64,000 nucleotides of DNA from Geosiphon pyriformis uo1 (Eukaryota; Fungi; Glomeromycota): contig JAAOMT010000175.1 of NCBI GenBank assembly GCA_016748015.1, forward strand, positions 279,594-343,593. Direction: 5' to 3'. The notes below the pieces were generated by a model. That model ran no database searches, had not been told where the DNA came from, and saw nothing but the letters and a program-made list of their open reading frames with translations. The position numbers and the translations under genes were made by a program. Numbering within the stretch: the first letter of the stretch is position 1; the number at the start of each line of letters is the position of its first letter. Positions 25,783-37,440 of the stretch are shown here, piece by piece.

Positions 25783-26771
25783 TGTTACCAGAGGTTTTTG
25801 GTCTCTTTTCTGTAATGTTGTTGATACTTATTTGCTGTGAATTTACATTTTCTGGGTGTAGTTAAACCTTCAGTAACTGAATTTTTTTTTAATTTCAAAT
25901 TATCTCCTATAATTTGAACTTGCTGGGCTTATAAGTGGAATGGCCAATTCCATGCCAGTTGCTTTATGTAGTTACGTTGTAATAAACGTCAACTTTTTCC
26001 CAGAAATTGCTTGTCTGGAAGCTCACTAAAAATGTGTAGTTACTTTGCTGTGAAAGTCAACTCTTCTACAGGAATCTTGTCTGTAAGCTATCCTAATGAT
26101 TGTAATAAGAAAGGAAAAGAAAAATAAAAGAAATGTAAAAGAAATAAGATTTTTATCAAGAGAAATGTTTTCTATCCAGGCCTGAAGTCACTAACAGTTT
26201 ACTGAAATTAGTAGCTAATCAATTTCGAAATGTTAGTTGGTTTTTGGGGATTGTCCAAAGGTAATAATTTAAGAATTTGGTTTTTCAAATAATTTGGTAT
26301 TTATTTTTTTTTGTGTGTATAGAATTGGTTCTAAGTAATAAATCTAAAGTAAGATACATTTTCTCAAAGAGAGAAGCTCTTCTTTTATACAACTTGTTGT
26401 AACACTATTCTATAAACTTAAACTTTGCTATTTTCTACAATTGCGCTGAACTAAAAATACATTTTGGCGAACTACAAGTTATTTCTGCGAACTTATTAGA
26501 TATTTTGGTGAACTATCAATTATTTCAGTGAATTTCTATAAATTTCGGCGAACTTTTGAATGTTACATAGTTCAGAGTATTGTATGATTAATCATCGCAA
26601 TTAGGTTATATTTGTGTTGTGTATAATTTGGGTTATTAATTAAATAATAATTTCAGACATTCTTTGCTAATGTAATAAGTGATAATTTGAAATGATAATA
26701 TATGCTAATTAATGATAGGAATTATAAGATAGTTTTATGCTAAATAATATCTCTAATTTTGTCTGGTAACA
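25783..26771 (-). repeat. 5' LTR of B2
   Basis: Followed on the minus strand by the PBS. Confidence 0.95.
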
Positions 26772-27348
26772 CTCTTTATGGAATTATCATTCCAGTCAAA
26801 GTTCTTATAATAGATGCTTCCCAATATCAAGCCCTTGTCGGAAACAACTGGCTTTAAAAAGCCAATGCGAAATTAGACTGGAAAACCCAAGAACTACAAA
26901 TCTTTTACCAAGGACAACATGCCTGAGTACCTGTCACTTGTGGTACATTCAACAAACGCTCTGAAAAAGCCCCAGCTTTTGAATTCAAAACAGAAAAAGA
27001 AAAACCAATAATTGAAACATTTATGACTCTTGGATCAACATCCAATTGGGCCGATGAAACTGAACAAGAACATTTTATATCACACTCTGAATCCAAAACC
27101 CCTGGATGGAATATCTCTTACTCAAAGCCTGAACCAATAAAACAATGCTCCTATATTCCCCTTAAATGTAAGGACTGCTACAAGAAACTATCGTCAATGG
27201 GAGCTTGTATTTCACCAGAGGAAGAATATGAAAATCACACCTGCTACTATTGCAATACCTGCCATCAAGAACAATGGGGCCATTTGATCAAAAAAAGCAG
27301 AAAATAGAATAAAACACTCTGTCTTACTTGTGGAAAGCAGCTTCCCAA

Positions 27349-28257
27349 TGTTACTTATAAATTATAGGAATTATATTAGATACAAATTAGCCAATCAGAG
27401 TTAGATGTAGTAAATGTGGAATTCCAGGATTCCTTTGAGGAATCGCAAGATTCCAGGAATTTCAGAATTCTCCAATAAGGAATCACAGAATTCCAGAATT
27501 CCTCCCATCAAGAATTGCAGGATTCCAGGAATCCCAGGATTTCTGTCATGAAAAATTGGAGAATTGAGGAATTTCAATTATGTATATATAGCAGTAGGAT
27601 TAGAAGCTGAAAAGACAGACCTCTCAGTTTAGATTTAATCTAAGCAACATTCCAGTTTCCAATCATCAAATAAATAATTATTCCATATCTCAATCCACTT
27701 TTCACTATCAACACTTCATGTTGATAATAATTGATACTTAACCATGCTGGAACAATAGCTCTTGATCACAGCTATTGATGGAATACTAACATACTAAATC
27801 GTCTTGGCTTATTGTCTCTATTTCTCTTTAATTTTATTTTATTTTCTTTCTTTCTTGGATTTTATTGTTGTATACTAATTAACTAAAGATTAAGAGCTGA
27901 GTTATTGACGTCAAAAATAGCCTGGTAAAAGACCCAGAAATAAGGGTAGGATTTTATATATTATCGGATAGCTTACCAGAAGAGCACAACTGCCAGACTA
28001 AATCTGGCCACCATGCTGAAAAAGAAATTGGAAAACTTTTGGGAGAATACATTAACTATTGACACTATTGAATCTCTGTTTATTATACAAAAGACTCCAT
28101 CAAAACCTTTAGATAACAACACTTTCAGATAACAACACCTTCAGATAACAACACCTTCAGATACAACACTTGCCGAACATCATCTATGGAAGTAGTTTTG
28201 AGCACCAAGTTATGAGTTTAGTATTTAATTCAACCACAGAAGGAACCATCTGTAACA
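27349..28257 (+). repeat. 5' LTR of A2
   Basis: TGTTAC...GTAACA; internal GGA(A)TTCCA tandem array and CAGATAACAACACCTT repeats. Confidence 0.95.
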
Positions 28258-28319
28258 TTTGGTGCTCCCTGTAAGGTATAATTCTACAGAGAACCAGCAC
28301 TGACAACACCAAACCAAAA

Positions 28320-31300
28320 GTGACAGAATCAGAAATAATAGGGACAAACCATTTAGAATTTGCGAAATCTTTATTTCAACAGTACAGCCAGCAGCTAAAC
28401 CTAAACAACAACCATTATCCAGCAGAATCAGCTTTCAACTTCTACGTCAATGAAAGAATCACCAATTTCTTAGGAAGACCAGTTGACATTGAATCAGCAA
28501 GAGAAAATTTCTATTCGGAACTAATCCAACATACCAACTTACCAAGAAATCACAGCTTTGCACCCATCATCAGAGAAATCAACCAAGAAATTAAAAGATA
28601 TACACAAAAGACATTCCCTATTACTTGTCAGAACAAAGACAAAGAAAAACTACAAACACCAGCAGTAACACCCAAAGGAATACAAATTCCTAACTGGAAA
28701 AAACAAAGAATTGAATCTCTGATATATCCATCATATTATTATATGCCTGGAAGTACTATCAATATTGCATCAGCAGACGCGTCTACCAGTACAAAAACAC
28801 CGCTAGCAAGAATTGCATTTCAGAGTAAACAAAAGAAAAATGAACTATTAGGAGCATATGGCAATTGTTTTAAAAGATTTAAATCAAGATTGCCAACACC
28901 ATTAGGATTTCGATCACCACCTTATCAACCAGATTTCAGAACTGTCAGTCTCTGGAAAATTACTGAATCAAAAGAAAAAGAAAACGAGGATCAGGAATTT
29001 AATTACCAAAACCAAATTTTAGAAAACCTGAACATTCAAACTCAGCAACATTTAGAAAATTCGGAAATTGAAACTCTGAATATTCAAACCTCATCAAATC
29101 AAAGAAATCAAAACCCCGAATTAATTAATCAGCAAAACTTACCTCTGGTAATCGTCATCAATCAACTGCCGATTAATCCCATAGCCGAACCCATACAACA
29201 GCCACTTCAACTACCACCCCAACAACCAATGCAACAACAACTGCTTCAACAGCCACCACAACCACTTAACTTAAATCCAATGGCCTACACACCAATCACA
29301 AAACTAGACAACTTTACCAGCAAAGAGAATGACACTCAAGTATGGCTGAATGATATAGAAAAGGCCATCACAGCCAATGGATGGAATGATGCCAAAGCAA
29401 TGCAAGCCATTTTCTACTTTCTCAAGGATACTGCCAATTTATGGTATCAGAGCTTGGTTAATAAACCCCAAGATTTCAATACCTTCAAAGTGGAATTCCT
29501 AAAATACTTCAGCAACAATAACAGCATTAATCGCCTAGTTAATACATTCATCACTATGAAACAAGGAGAAACTGAAGCAGTCATCACTTACCTGGGACGC
29601 TTCCATCGAAATCTGCACCAAATTCAAGCAATTGACACCAACTATTTCACAGTACTACAGATACTTAACCAGTTTATTCATGACCTGCGCAGCAGCATCC
29701 TGCAACATGTACGTCCATTGCATCTAGGCACACTTCAAGATGCAGTCACCCATGCCAGAGATTTTGAATCTGCTAAGTCAGAAGCTAATCACACCCAAGC
29801 CGTTAATCTAGTAATAAACAGATCATCTGAATTAGATTCCAAATTGGAGAAGTTCGGTGAATCAATTAATAAAAGATTGGAAGGATACTTAGCTGACAAT
29901 CACACCATTTATTAGCCTTCACAATGACATAATAATCAAAGAAACTCTAATCGGGCCCAAAATCAACCACGTCTATCTTCATCGACCAATTAACAGTGGC
30001 CACAGGAAACGCATATCTGCCACTATTGTGGTAAACAAAGACATATCCAAATTGACTGTTGCCAGCATTTAAATAACCAACAATCAAGAAATCAATATTG
30101 AAACCCCGATCACTGGTTCCAAACTCCGAATCAATATCCAAATCAAAATCAATCCACTTACCTACTAATGATGCAGTTATCAATCTATCAGTCTCCAGTA
30201 TATTAAGCCCCAATTTATTAACCACAGCCACAAGTGATTTATTAACCACCACAGCCACAAATAATTTATCAACCCCAACAAATCCAAACACCACCCCAAA
30301 GCTTACCATCCAACAGAACCCAAAGACTGAAAATAACTCAACAGAGCTGAAGATCAGTGATAGTAGTCCATCAACCAATTCCCAGTTTTTCACAGCAACC
30401 ATATGGATTACGCCAGCAGAATTCGGGTGCTGGCCAACCCCAGAACCCGAATTTCCAAAACTATTTAAGTCTTCTGGTTACTCCAGAAGACGCCACACCC
30501 AATGACCAGGAACTTGGACAACCACCTACCAGTAACATTTTACCTGCTACAATTACGGAAAACAAATCTCTGGATGCCATTTTTCCATTCAAACTCGAGG
30601 AACCATCAATCACACTATTATTTAGTGGAGCTGCACTGGAAGAAAAGCCAATTACCACCATGTACACTGATGTGAAAATTGATGGCCATTTCATCAAACT
30701 AATTTTTGACAGTGGTTCAGCAAGTAGCATCATCACATGACAACTCATGAATCAATTAGGTTGCTGAGTTGATCAAGCTGCTAGTGCCAGAATCATTACG
30801 GCTGATGGAACGACCAAGACTTCAATTAGTAAAATCGATGACTTGCCAATCAAAATTAATGGCATCATTATACCAATCAAAATATTCGTCATGGAAGCCA
30901 CCCAGTACCAAGCTCTAGTTGATAATGACTGGCTGTCCAAAACAAACACCACTCTGGACTGAAATACCCAAGAGCTTCAACTCAGCCAAAATGGGCAACA
31001 CACGTGAGTACCAGCAATGTGTGGCCACTTTAAGGCTACTAACACCACTGCATCACTCATCGACTTCAAGGAAGAGAAACCAAAACCTACCTGGAAAGCC
31101 TACCAAGTGTCATGGGCTGATAAAGAGCACAACAAGCTGCGACCAATACTCTCATGGGACGACAACGGGAAAGGAAAGCAAACCAACGAACTTACCTGGG
31201 AAACTAATGATCTGACTTGGACTGACAACAAACAAAAAGAAGTCTCAAGTTGGGAAGGAAACAAAGATAAGGGAAAGGGAAAAGAAAAAGAAGAAGGAAT

Positions 31301-34300
31301 GCCACCAATGGCCGCCATTTATAATTTCTACACCCATTACACTTTACAACAATCCAATTATTGACAGCCAAGGCTAGTATGCATCGATTGCGGCAAGAAA
31401 CTGTCGTCAATGGGCACATGCTGTGGCGATGATGAAGAATACCACACTGCAACCAAGTTCTACTGTTATTTATGCTTACTCGAATGCTTTGGATGACTAA
31501 AGAGGCAAGAAAAATGGGATAACCAACCTTGTTTTGCTTATGGGGAAACTCTACTAGATGAAGGGATGTGAAATAACATCTCAGGACATGGAGGAACATG
31601 CGACATGTCGTGTCAATACATGATTCTAATAAGCAACTGGGTAAGAAAAAAAACCCCAATAGAAGCAGTCTGGAGAAGAGCCGTGCAGTGACTGGACAGT
31701 TGTCCACATAATGATAACAAAATATGGAGAATAGCAATTGTCAAAATAGAAGGAGTAATACCCGAAGAGATCAGAAAAATTAAAAACAACCCACCAGAAC
31801 CCATCGAGCTTGACTGGGACACAGAGCCAGTCATAAATTTTCTGGAACTCGAAGAATTTTATGGACATTACCAAAACTTGGCATCCATTAGAGTGGAGCA
31901 AGAATAACAGCTAGCACAGTTGAATACAAGACTGTGTCACCATTGTTTAATTCCCAGTAACTTTGAATATTGTGACAATTGTGACCTTATTTACAATCCA
32001 CCACCACGCATAATCTACACGATCCCTAAAGAGGAAGAACCAATCAGCAGATGTGCATTAGAATTGGAATCAAATTTCAATCCCAATTCAAACTCTGACA
32101 ATGATGACAACAAAAACACCAGATCCAGCTCTGTTCAATATGGCAACAACAATAATACTGATTTCAACTCAGATTCAAACTCCAATTTAAACTACGAACA
32201 ATACATTGCACTACCAAATCTCTCCAAGAAACAAGAATTGAAATGGTATAGTGACAATGGGGAAAGTATTATGCCAGAACGTGCACATGATACTGATGCA
32301 GGGTTTGATCTGAGGTATTCAGGAAAAGAGGTCATCAAATTGGAGCCACATTCACGCACTTGCATTGATCTGAAAGTAGCACTAGAAATTCCAGCAACAA
32401 CAATGATTCAATTAGCATTTAGGAGTAGTTTAGTGAAAAGAGGAATTAATATAAGAGGAGGAATAATTAACGCAGGATATGTAGGAAATATCATCACTAT
32501 GCTACAAAATAACTCAGAAAAAGCCTATATAATAGAACTCAACGAAAAAATAGCACAAGCAATATTCCTGCCTCTGGTTAGAATAGCCCAGTTAGTATCA
32601 GTGAGAAAAAAGGAGGAATTAGGAATAACAGCGAAAGGACTACAGGGATTTGAATCAATGGGTAGAATAAATGTACCAGTTAATATGGCAGAGGAAGAAA
32701 TTGTTGACCAAAGAGAAATTATCTCAACTGGTCAAGTTATTTCTATTCCACCATATAGCCAGTACATGCTAGCAATAGAAAGAAAAGAAAAAGAACAAGA
32801 GCAGATTTTTGAAGCTGAAACAAACCTGTGTGAATCAGGAGAAATTGGGCTGATCAATCTCTACCTACTGGCCAAAAGCTATAGCCACATAAAAATTTCC
32901 ATCTACAACAATACTGACAATGTCATTAACATACCAGAAGGAACCACCATCAGATTTTTAACCACAGAAATAAAAGACCAACCACCAAACCCCATTCCAG
33001 ACTTTCCACAACTTTGTGAATATGTCAACATCACATTATAAACAATCTATGGACAAGACAAATATTATTTGCTCCAACCAGAACAATTGGAACAAATGAA
33101 CATGGGAAATTTAGATCCACTCCAATGTATACAGCTCAAGATGTTACTCAACAATTTCAACGACATCTTTGTCAGCGAAAATGAGTTTGGCCAAATTAAT
33201 ATTATCCAACATCAGATCAAGACTGGAGATACAATGCCAATCAAACAAAGAGCATACAGAGTACTGCCAGCCAGTCACGAAATCATTTGGCAAGAGATAA
33301 ACAGAATGCTTAACAATGGGCTAATTCAACCATCAATGAGTTCATGGTTGTTACCAGTAGTACTCGTCCGTAAGAAGAATGGGAAAATTTGGTTTTGTGT
33401 AGACTACAGGAAACTCAATGGTGTAACTCGGAGAGACAGTTATCCAACTCCATGAATACAAAAATTATTCGATGCTTTCGGTGGGAACAAATGGTTCTTA
33501 ACATTAGATTTGGACAGTGGTTACTGGCAAGTAGCCATGAATCCAGCTGACAAAAAGAAGACGGCATTAACTACTAGAGAAGGAAATTTCGAATTTGAAG
33601 TGATGTTATTCGGCTTAACCAATGTCCCAGCAACTTTCCAATGGCTAATGAAAATCATCTATACTGGCTTATTGTGGAAATCAGTAGTTGTATATTTAGA
33701 CAACACCAATGTATTTTCAAAAACATTTGATGATTATCTTCATCATCTTCAACAAGTGTTTGAAAGACTAAGAAGAGCAGGACTAAAGTTAAATGCAACT
33801 AAGTGCTTCTTTGGGAAGACAGAGCTAAAATTTTTGGAACACATAATCAGCAAAGACAGCATCAAGACAGATCCAGAGAAAATAGAAATAGTAAAGAACT
33901 TTCCAGTACTGACCAATATGACGGAACTGAAATCATTCTTGGGATTTACCAGCTACTATCAACATTTTATCAGGAACTTTTCCAAGATAGCACAGCCACT
34001 CAACCAACTGCAAACCAAGAATACAAAATATAAATAGACAGAAAATCAACAAGAAGCTTTTGATATTCTGAAAAGAAAACTCATTCAAGCTCCAGTACTG
34101 ATCTATTCAGATCATAGCAAACCATTCATCATCACCACCAATGTGTCTGGTCAAGCATTGGGAGCAGTACTATTTCAGAAAGGACCAGACAGTAGAGAAC
34201 ATCCAATAGCATATGTCAGCAGAGGTTTAACACCAGCTGAAAAGAACTATGGAACACCAGAACAAGAACACTTAGCAATATACTGGGCAGTCATGAAATG

Positions 34301-34496
34301 GAAAGAATACTTGAGCCAGAAGTTTGAAGTATACACAGATCACAAGGGATTAACATCACTCCAAAAACAGGAATTCGGAGATGGAAGACAGTCAAGATAA
34401 AAAATGACACTCGCACCATACAATTATACTATATATTATAAAAAAGGAAAAAACAACGGAAATGCTGACAGTTTGTTGTGAATGAGACAAATCTAA
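28320..34496 (+). pseudogene. A2 Gag-PR-Cys module-dUTPase-RT-RNase H polyprotein (single frame, many nonsense mutations)
   Basis: ORF pieces starting 28320, 30357, 31017, 31920, 33069, 33510 and 34143 share one frame. CHYCGKQRHIQIDC; IFDSGS; AGFDL/RSSL/GIINAGY/KIAQ; VYLDN; ends RMRQI*. Confidence 0.93.
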
Positions 34497-34557
34497 GAAC
34501 ATTTTAACACAAAAATATAACAAAACCAGAACAATACCAACAAAAATATAACAAAAG

Positions 34558-35940
34558 ATGAACATACAAAAATATCAACAACTTTAGCATTATATAAACA
34601 CTCAACAGTTCAAGGAAAATTTATCTCAAACAGAACAAAAAAGTATCAAACAACAATCAAAATATTTTATCACTCACCAAAATATACTTTATCAAAAAAA
34701 TAGAAAAGATCTAGATCAACCAACCAGAGTAATTACAGAGCCAGAAAAAGAGACAATATTATTCAACATGCACTCAAATCCAACAGCAGGACATTTTCAC
34801 AAAGAAGCAACCATGGAAAGAACTAAAAAAAAATACTATTGGCCATCAATGTACCCAGACATCATTCAATATGTGCAAAATTGTGATGCTTGTCAGCAAA
34901 GAGGAGGAACAAGACCCAATGAACCATTAAGACCAATCAAAGTGGGACAACCATTTGACCACATGGAAATTGATTTAGTCAGACTATTAACAATTACCAG
35001 TAGAGGAAACAGACACATAGCGGTAGCTATGGACTATCTCACTAAATGGCCAAAGGCGAAAGCAATTCAAAGAGTGGATGCAGAATCCATTGCCGAATTC
35101 GTTTACCAAGATTTGATTTGCTAACATGGATGTTCAAAAGAATTATTATCAGATCAAGGAACTCATTTTGTAAACAAAAAATTAACAGAATTGAGCCAAA
35201 GATTCGGAATTAAGAGATCACTATCATCATCATATCATCCACAAACCAATAGATTAGTCGAAAGATTCAACAGAACATTGTGTGAAGCAATAGCTAAACT
35301 CAGCCAAGAAAACCAGAACGAGTGGAATTTGTTGATACCATCAGTACTATTTGCTTATCAGACAATGAAGCAGGATACTACACAAGCAACACCATTTAAA
35401 TTAGTATATGGTAGAACAGCAACATTACCAGTGGAAATAGAAGTCAGCACATACCCAACCGAACCAATAACAGAAGAGAATTTCAAAAATACATTGTTGC
35501 GAAGAACATATGACTTAATAGAAACATTAGAAAACAAATAACAAAGAGCAGCTGATAATATACAAAGATTACAAGAGAAGCAAAAAGAAAGACATGATAA
35601 CCAACTATCAAATAAACCAGTTGAATTCAGGATTGGAGACAAAGTACTACTACATTGTACCAAAGTGAAAAAACAATGGAGTGGAAAATTTGACCCCAAA
35701 TGGGATGGACCATTTCACATAGAAGAAATTCTAGGAAATGGAGCTTACAAATTAAGACTGGATAACAAAATTTTAACCAAAGCAGCACATGAAGATTAAC
35801 TGAAACCATACCATAATATCACACTACCATCTACCAGTAATATTCCACAATTAGGAGTACAAAGAATACTAGTCCAACCAGATGAGATTCCACGAGATCT
35901 GGAACCAATCATTATCATTGACAACAACATGTCCAATTGA
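34558..35940 (+). pseudogene. A2 integrase, separate ORF
   Basis: ATG at 34558 (MNIQKYQQL), in a different frame from RNase H. HSNPTAGH..CDAC; KWDGPF. Confidence 0.92.
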
Positions 35941-35963
35941 TCAACAAAAGAATATATAAGAAC

Positions 35964-36623
35964 ATGGTCGACATGACAGAAGAGATCAGAAAAATGGAGA
36001 TTATAGACAATATCTATTCACTAGCCCAACAAATTTTTCAATTAATCCAACACCAGGAGATGGAAATTACAATCAATCAACAAACCATTCGTTACAAAAA
36101 TACAGCAAAAATAACACAACACAAAGCACCGAAAAAACTTGAAAAGGTTGTTGACAAGGTCATTACCAAGATAAAATTGGCCATAAAAGAACAACCAATA
36201 GTCAAATTACACCAAGAACTTACCAGAAAAACTTGGACTTGGTGAACACAACAATTTCTAAGAAATTATTGTTATTTTTACTTGGGACAACATGTGAATA
36301 TTTAGAACTTATATACAGATAAAACAAAACAATTATTTGACACAACCATACTACAACAACTAGAACATTTTGTGGGGAAAAACAACTTATCCACACAAGC
36401 TCGAGCTATATACCAAATACACACTGCATTTTAGGATAGACCAGAAATCTTACTTAACAAAGCAATGGATACGCTTATCAGTAATCAATTGGGAAAAATC
36501 ATTAATGCTCAATTTGAAAAATTACAGACTCAAATAACACAAGTAATTCTCGAAAACAAAATTCAGAAAATACTTCAAGAGGGAGAATTAAAAGAATTAG
36601 ATTTTGATAAAGCTCAATATTAA
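35964..36623 (+). pseudogene. A2 ORF3 (unknown)
   Basis: 660 nt, homologous to 1121-1780. Confidence 0.8.
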
Positions 36624-36637
36624 AAAGGAGGGAATAA

Positions 36638-37440
36638 TGTTACTTATAAATTATAGGAATTATATTAGATATAAATTAGCCAATCAGAGTTAGATGTAGT
36701 AAATGTGGAATTCCAGGATTCCTCTGAGGAATCGCAGATTCCAGGAATTTTAGGATTCTCTGGTGAGAAATCTCAATTATGTATATATAGCAGTAGTATT
36801 AGAAGCTGAAAAGACAGACCTCTCAGTTTAGATTTAATTTAAGCAACATTCCAGTTCCCAATTATTAAATAAATAATTATTCCATATCTCAACCCACTCT
36901 CCACTATTAACACTTCATGTTAATAATAATTGATACTTAACCACGCTGGAACAATAGCTCTTGATCATGGCTATTGATAGAATACTAACATACTAAATTA
37001 CCTTGGCTTATTGTCTCTATTTTTCTTTAATTTTATTTTATTTTCTTTCTTTCTTGGATTTTATTGTTGTATATTAATTGACTAAAGATTAAGAGCTGAG
37101 TTATTGACATTAAGGATAGCCTGGTAAAAGACCCAGAAATAAGGATAGGATTTTATATATTATCAGATAGCTTACCAAAAGGGCATGACTACCAGACTAA
37201 ATCCAGCCACCATGCTGAGAAAGAAATTAGAAAACTCTTGGGAGGATACATTGACTATTGACACTATTGAATCTTTGTCCATTATACAAAGGACTCCATC
37301 AAAACCTTCAGATAACAACACCTTCAGATAACAACACTTTTAAATACAACACTTGTTGAACATCATTCATGGAAGTAGCTTTGAGCACCAAGTTACAAGT
37401 TTAGTATTTAATTCAACCGCAGAAGGAACCACCTGTAACA
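36638..37440 (+). repeat. 3' LTR of A2
   Basis: Direct repeat of 27349-28257, about 95 bp shorter in the tandem array. Confidence 0.95.

Larger units (their letters stand above)
17125..26771 (-). mobile_element. Ty3/Gypsy family B copy B2, full length, inverted
   Basis: LTRs 25783-26771 (5') and 17125-18101 (3'). TSD CTCT at 17121-17124 and 26772-26775. PBS TGGTGCTCTCTCACGG; PPT GAGGAGGAGG at about 18105-18114. Confidence 0.95.
27349..37440 (+). mobile_element. Ty3/Gypsy family A copy A2, full length, inserted in B1
   Basis: LTRs 27349-28257 and 36638-37440. PBS TGGTGCTCCCTGT; PPT AAAAAGGAGGGAA. Flanks CCAA/CTGA. The host frame CGKQLP|DECDWID is restored on removal. Confidence 0.95.

Noticed and set aside
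28110-28170. CRISPR-like short repeats (CAGATAACAACACCTT)
   Set aside because: Head-to-tail tandem units without spacers, inside a eukaryotic LTR.
30098-30505. Thr/Ser/Asn-rich alternative-frame ORF in A2
   Set aside because: By-product of the A/C-rich, Gln-rich Gag-PR linker; no counterpart in family B.
32270-32660. dUTPase as a counter-defence to the C>T hypermutation
   Set aside because: dUTPase limits dUTP incorporation and does not repair deaminated cytosine. The mutations differ between paired LTRs, so they post-date integration.
35700-35940. Chromodomain at the integrase C-terminus
   Set aside because: IN ends shortly after the GPF module with a Pro/Ile-rich tail; no chromodomain residues.
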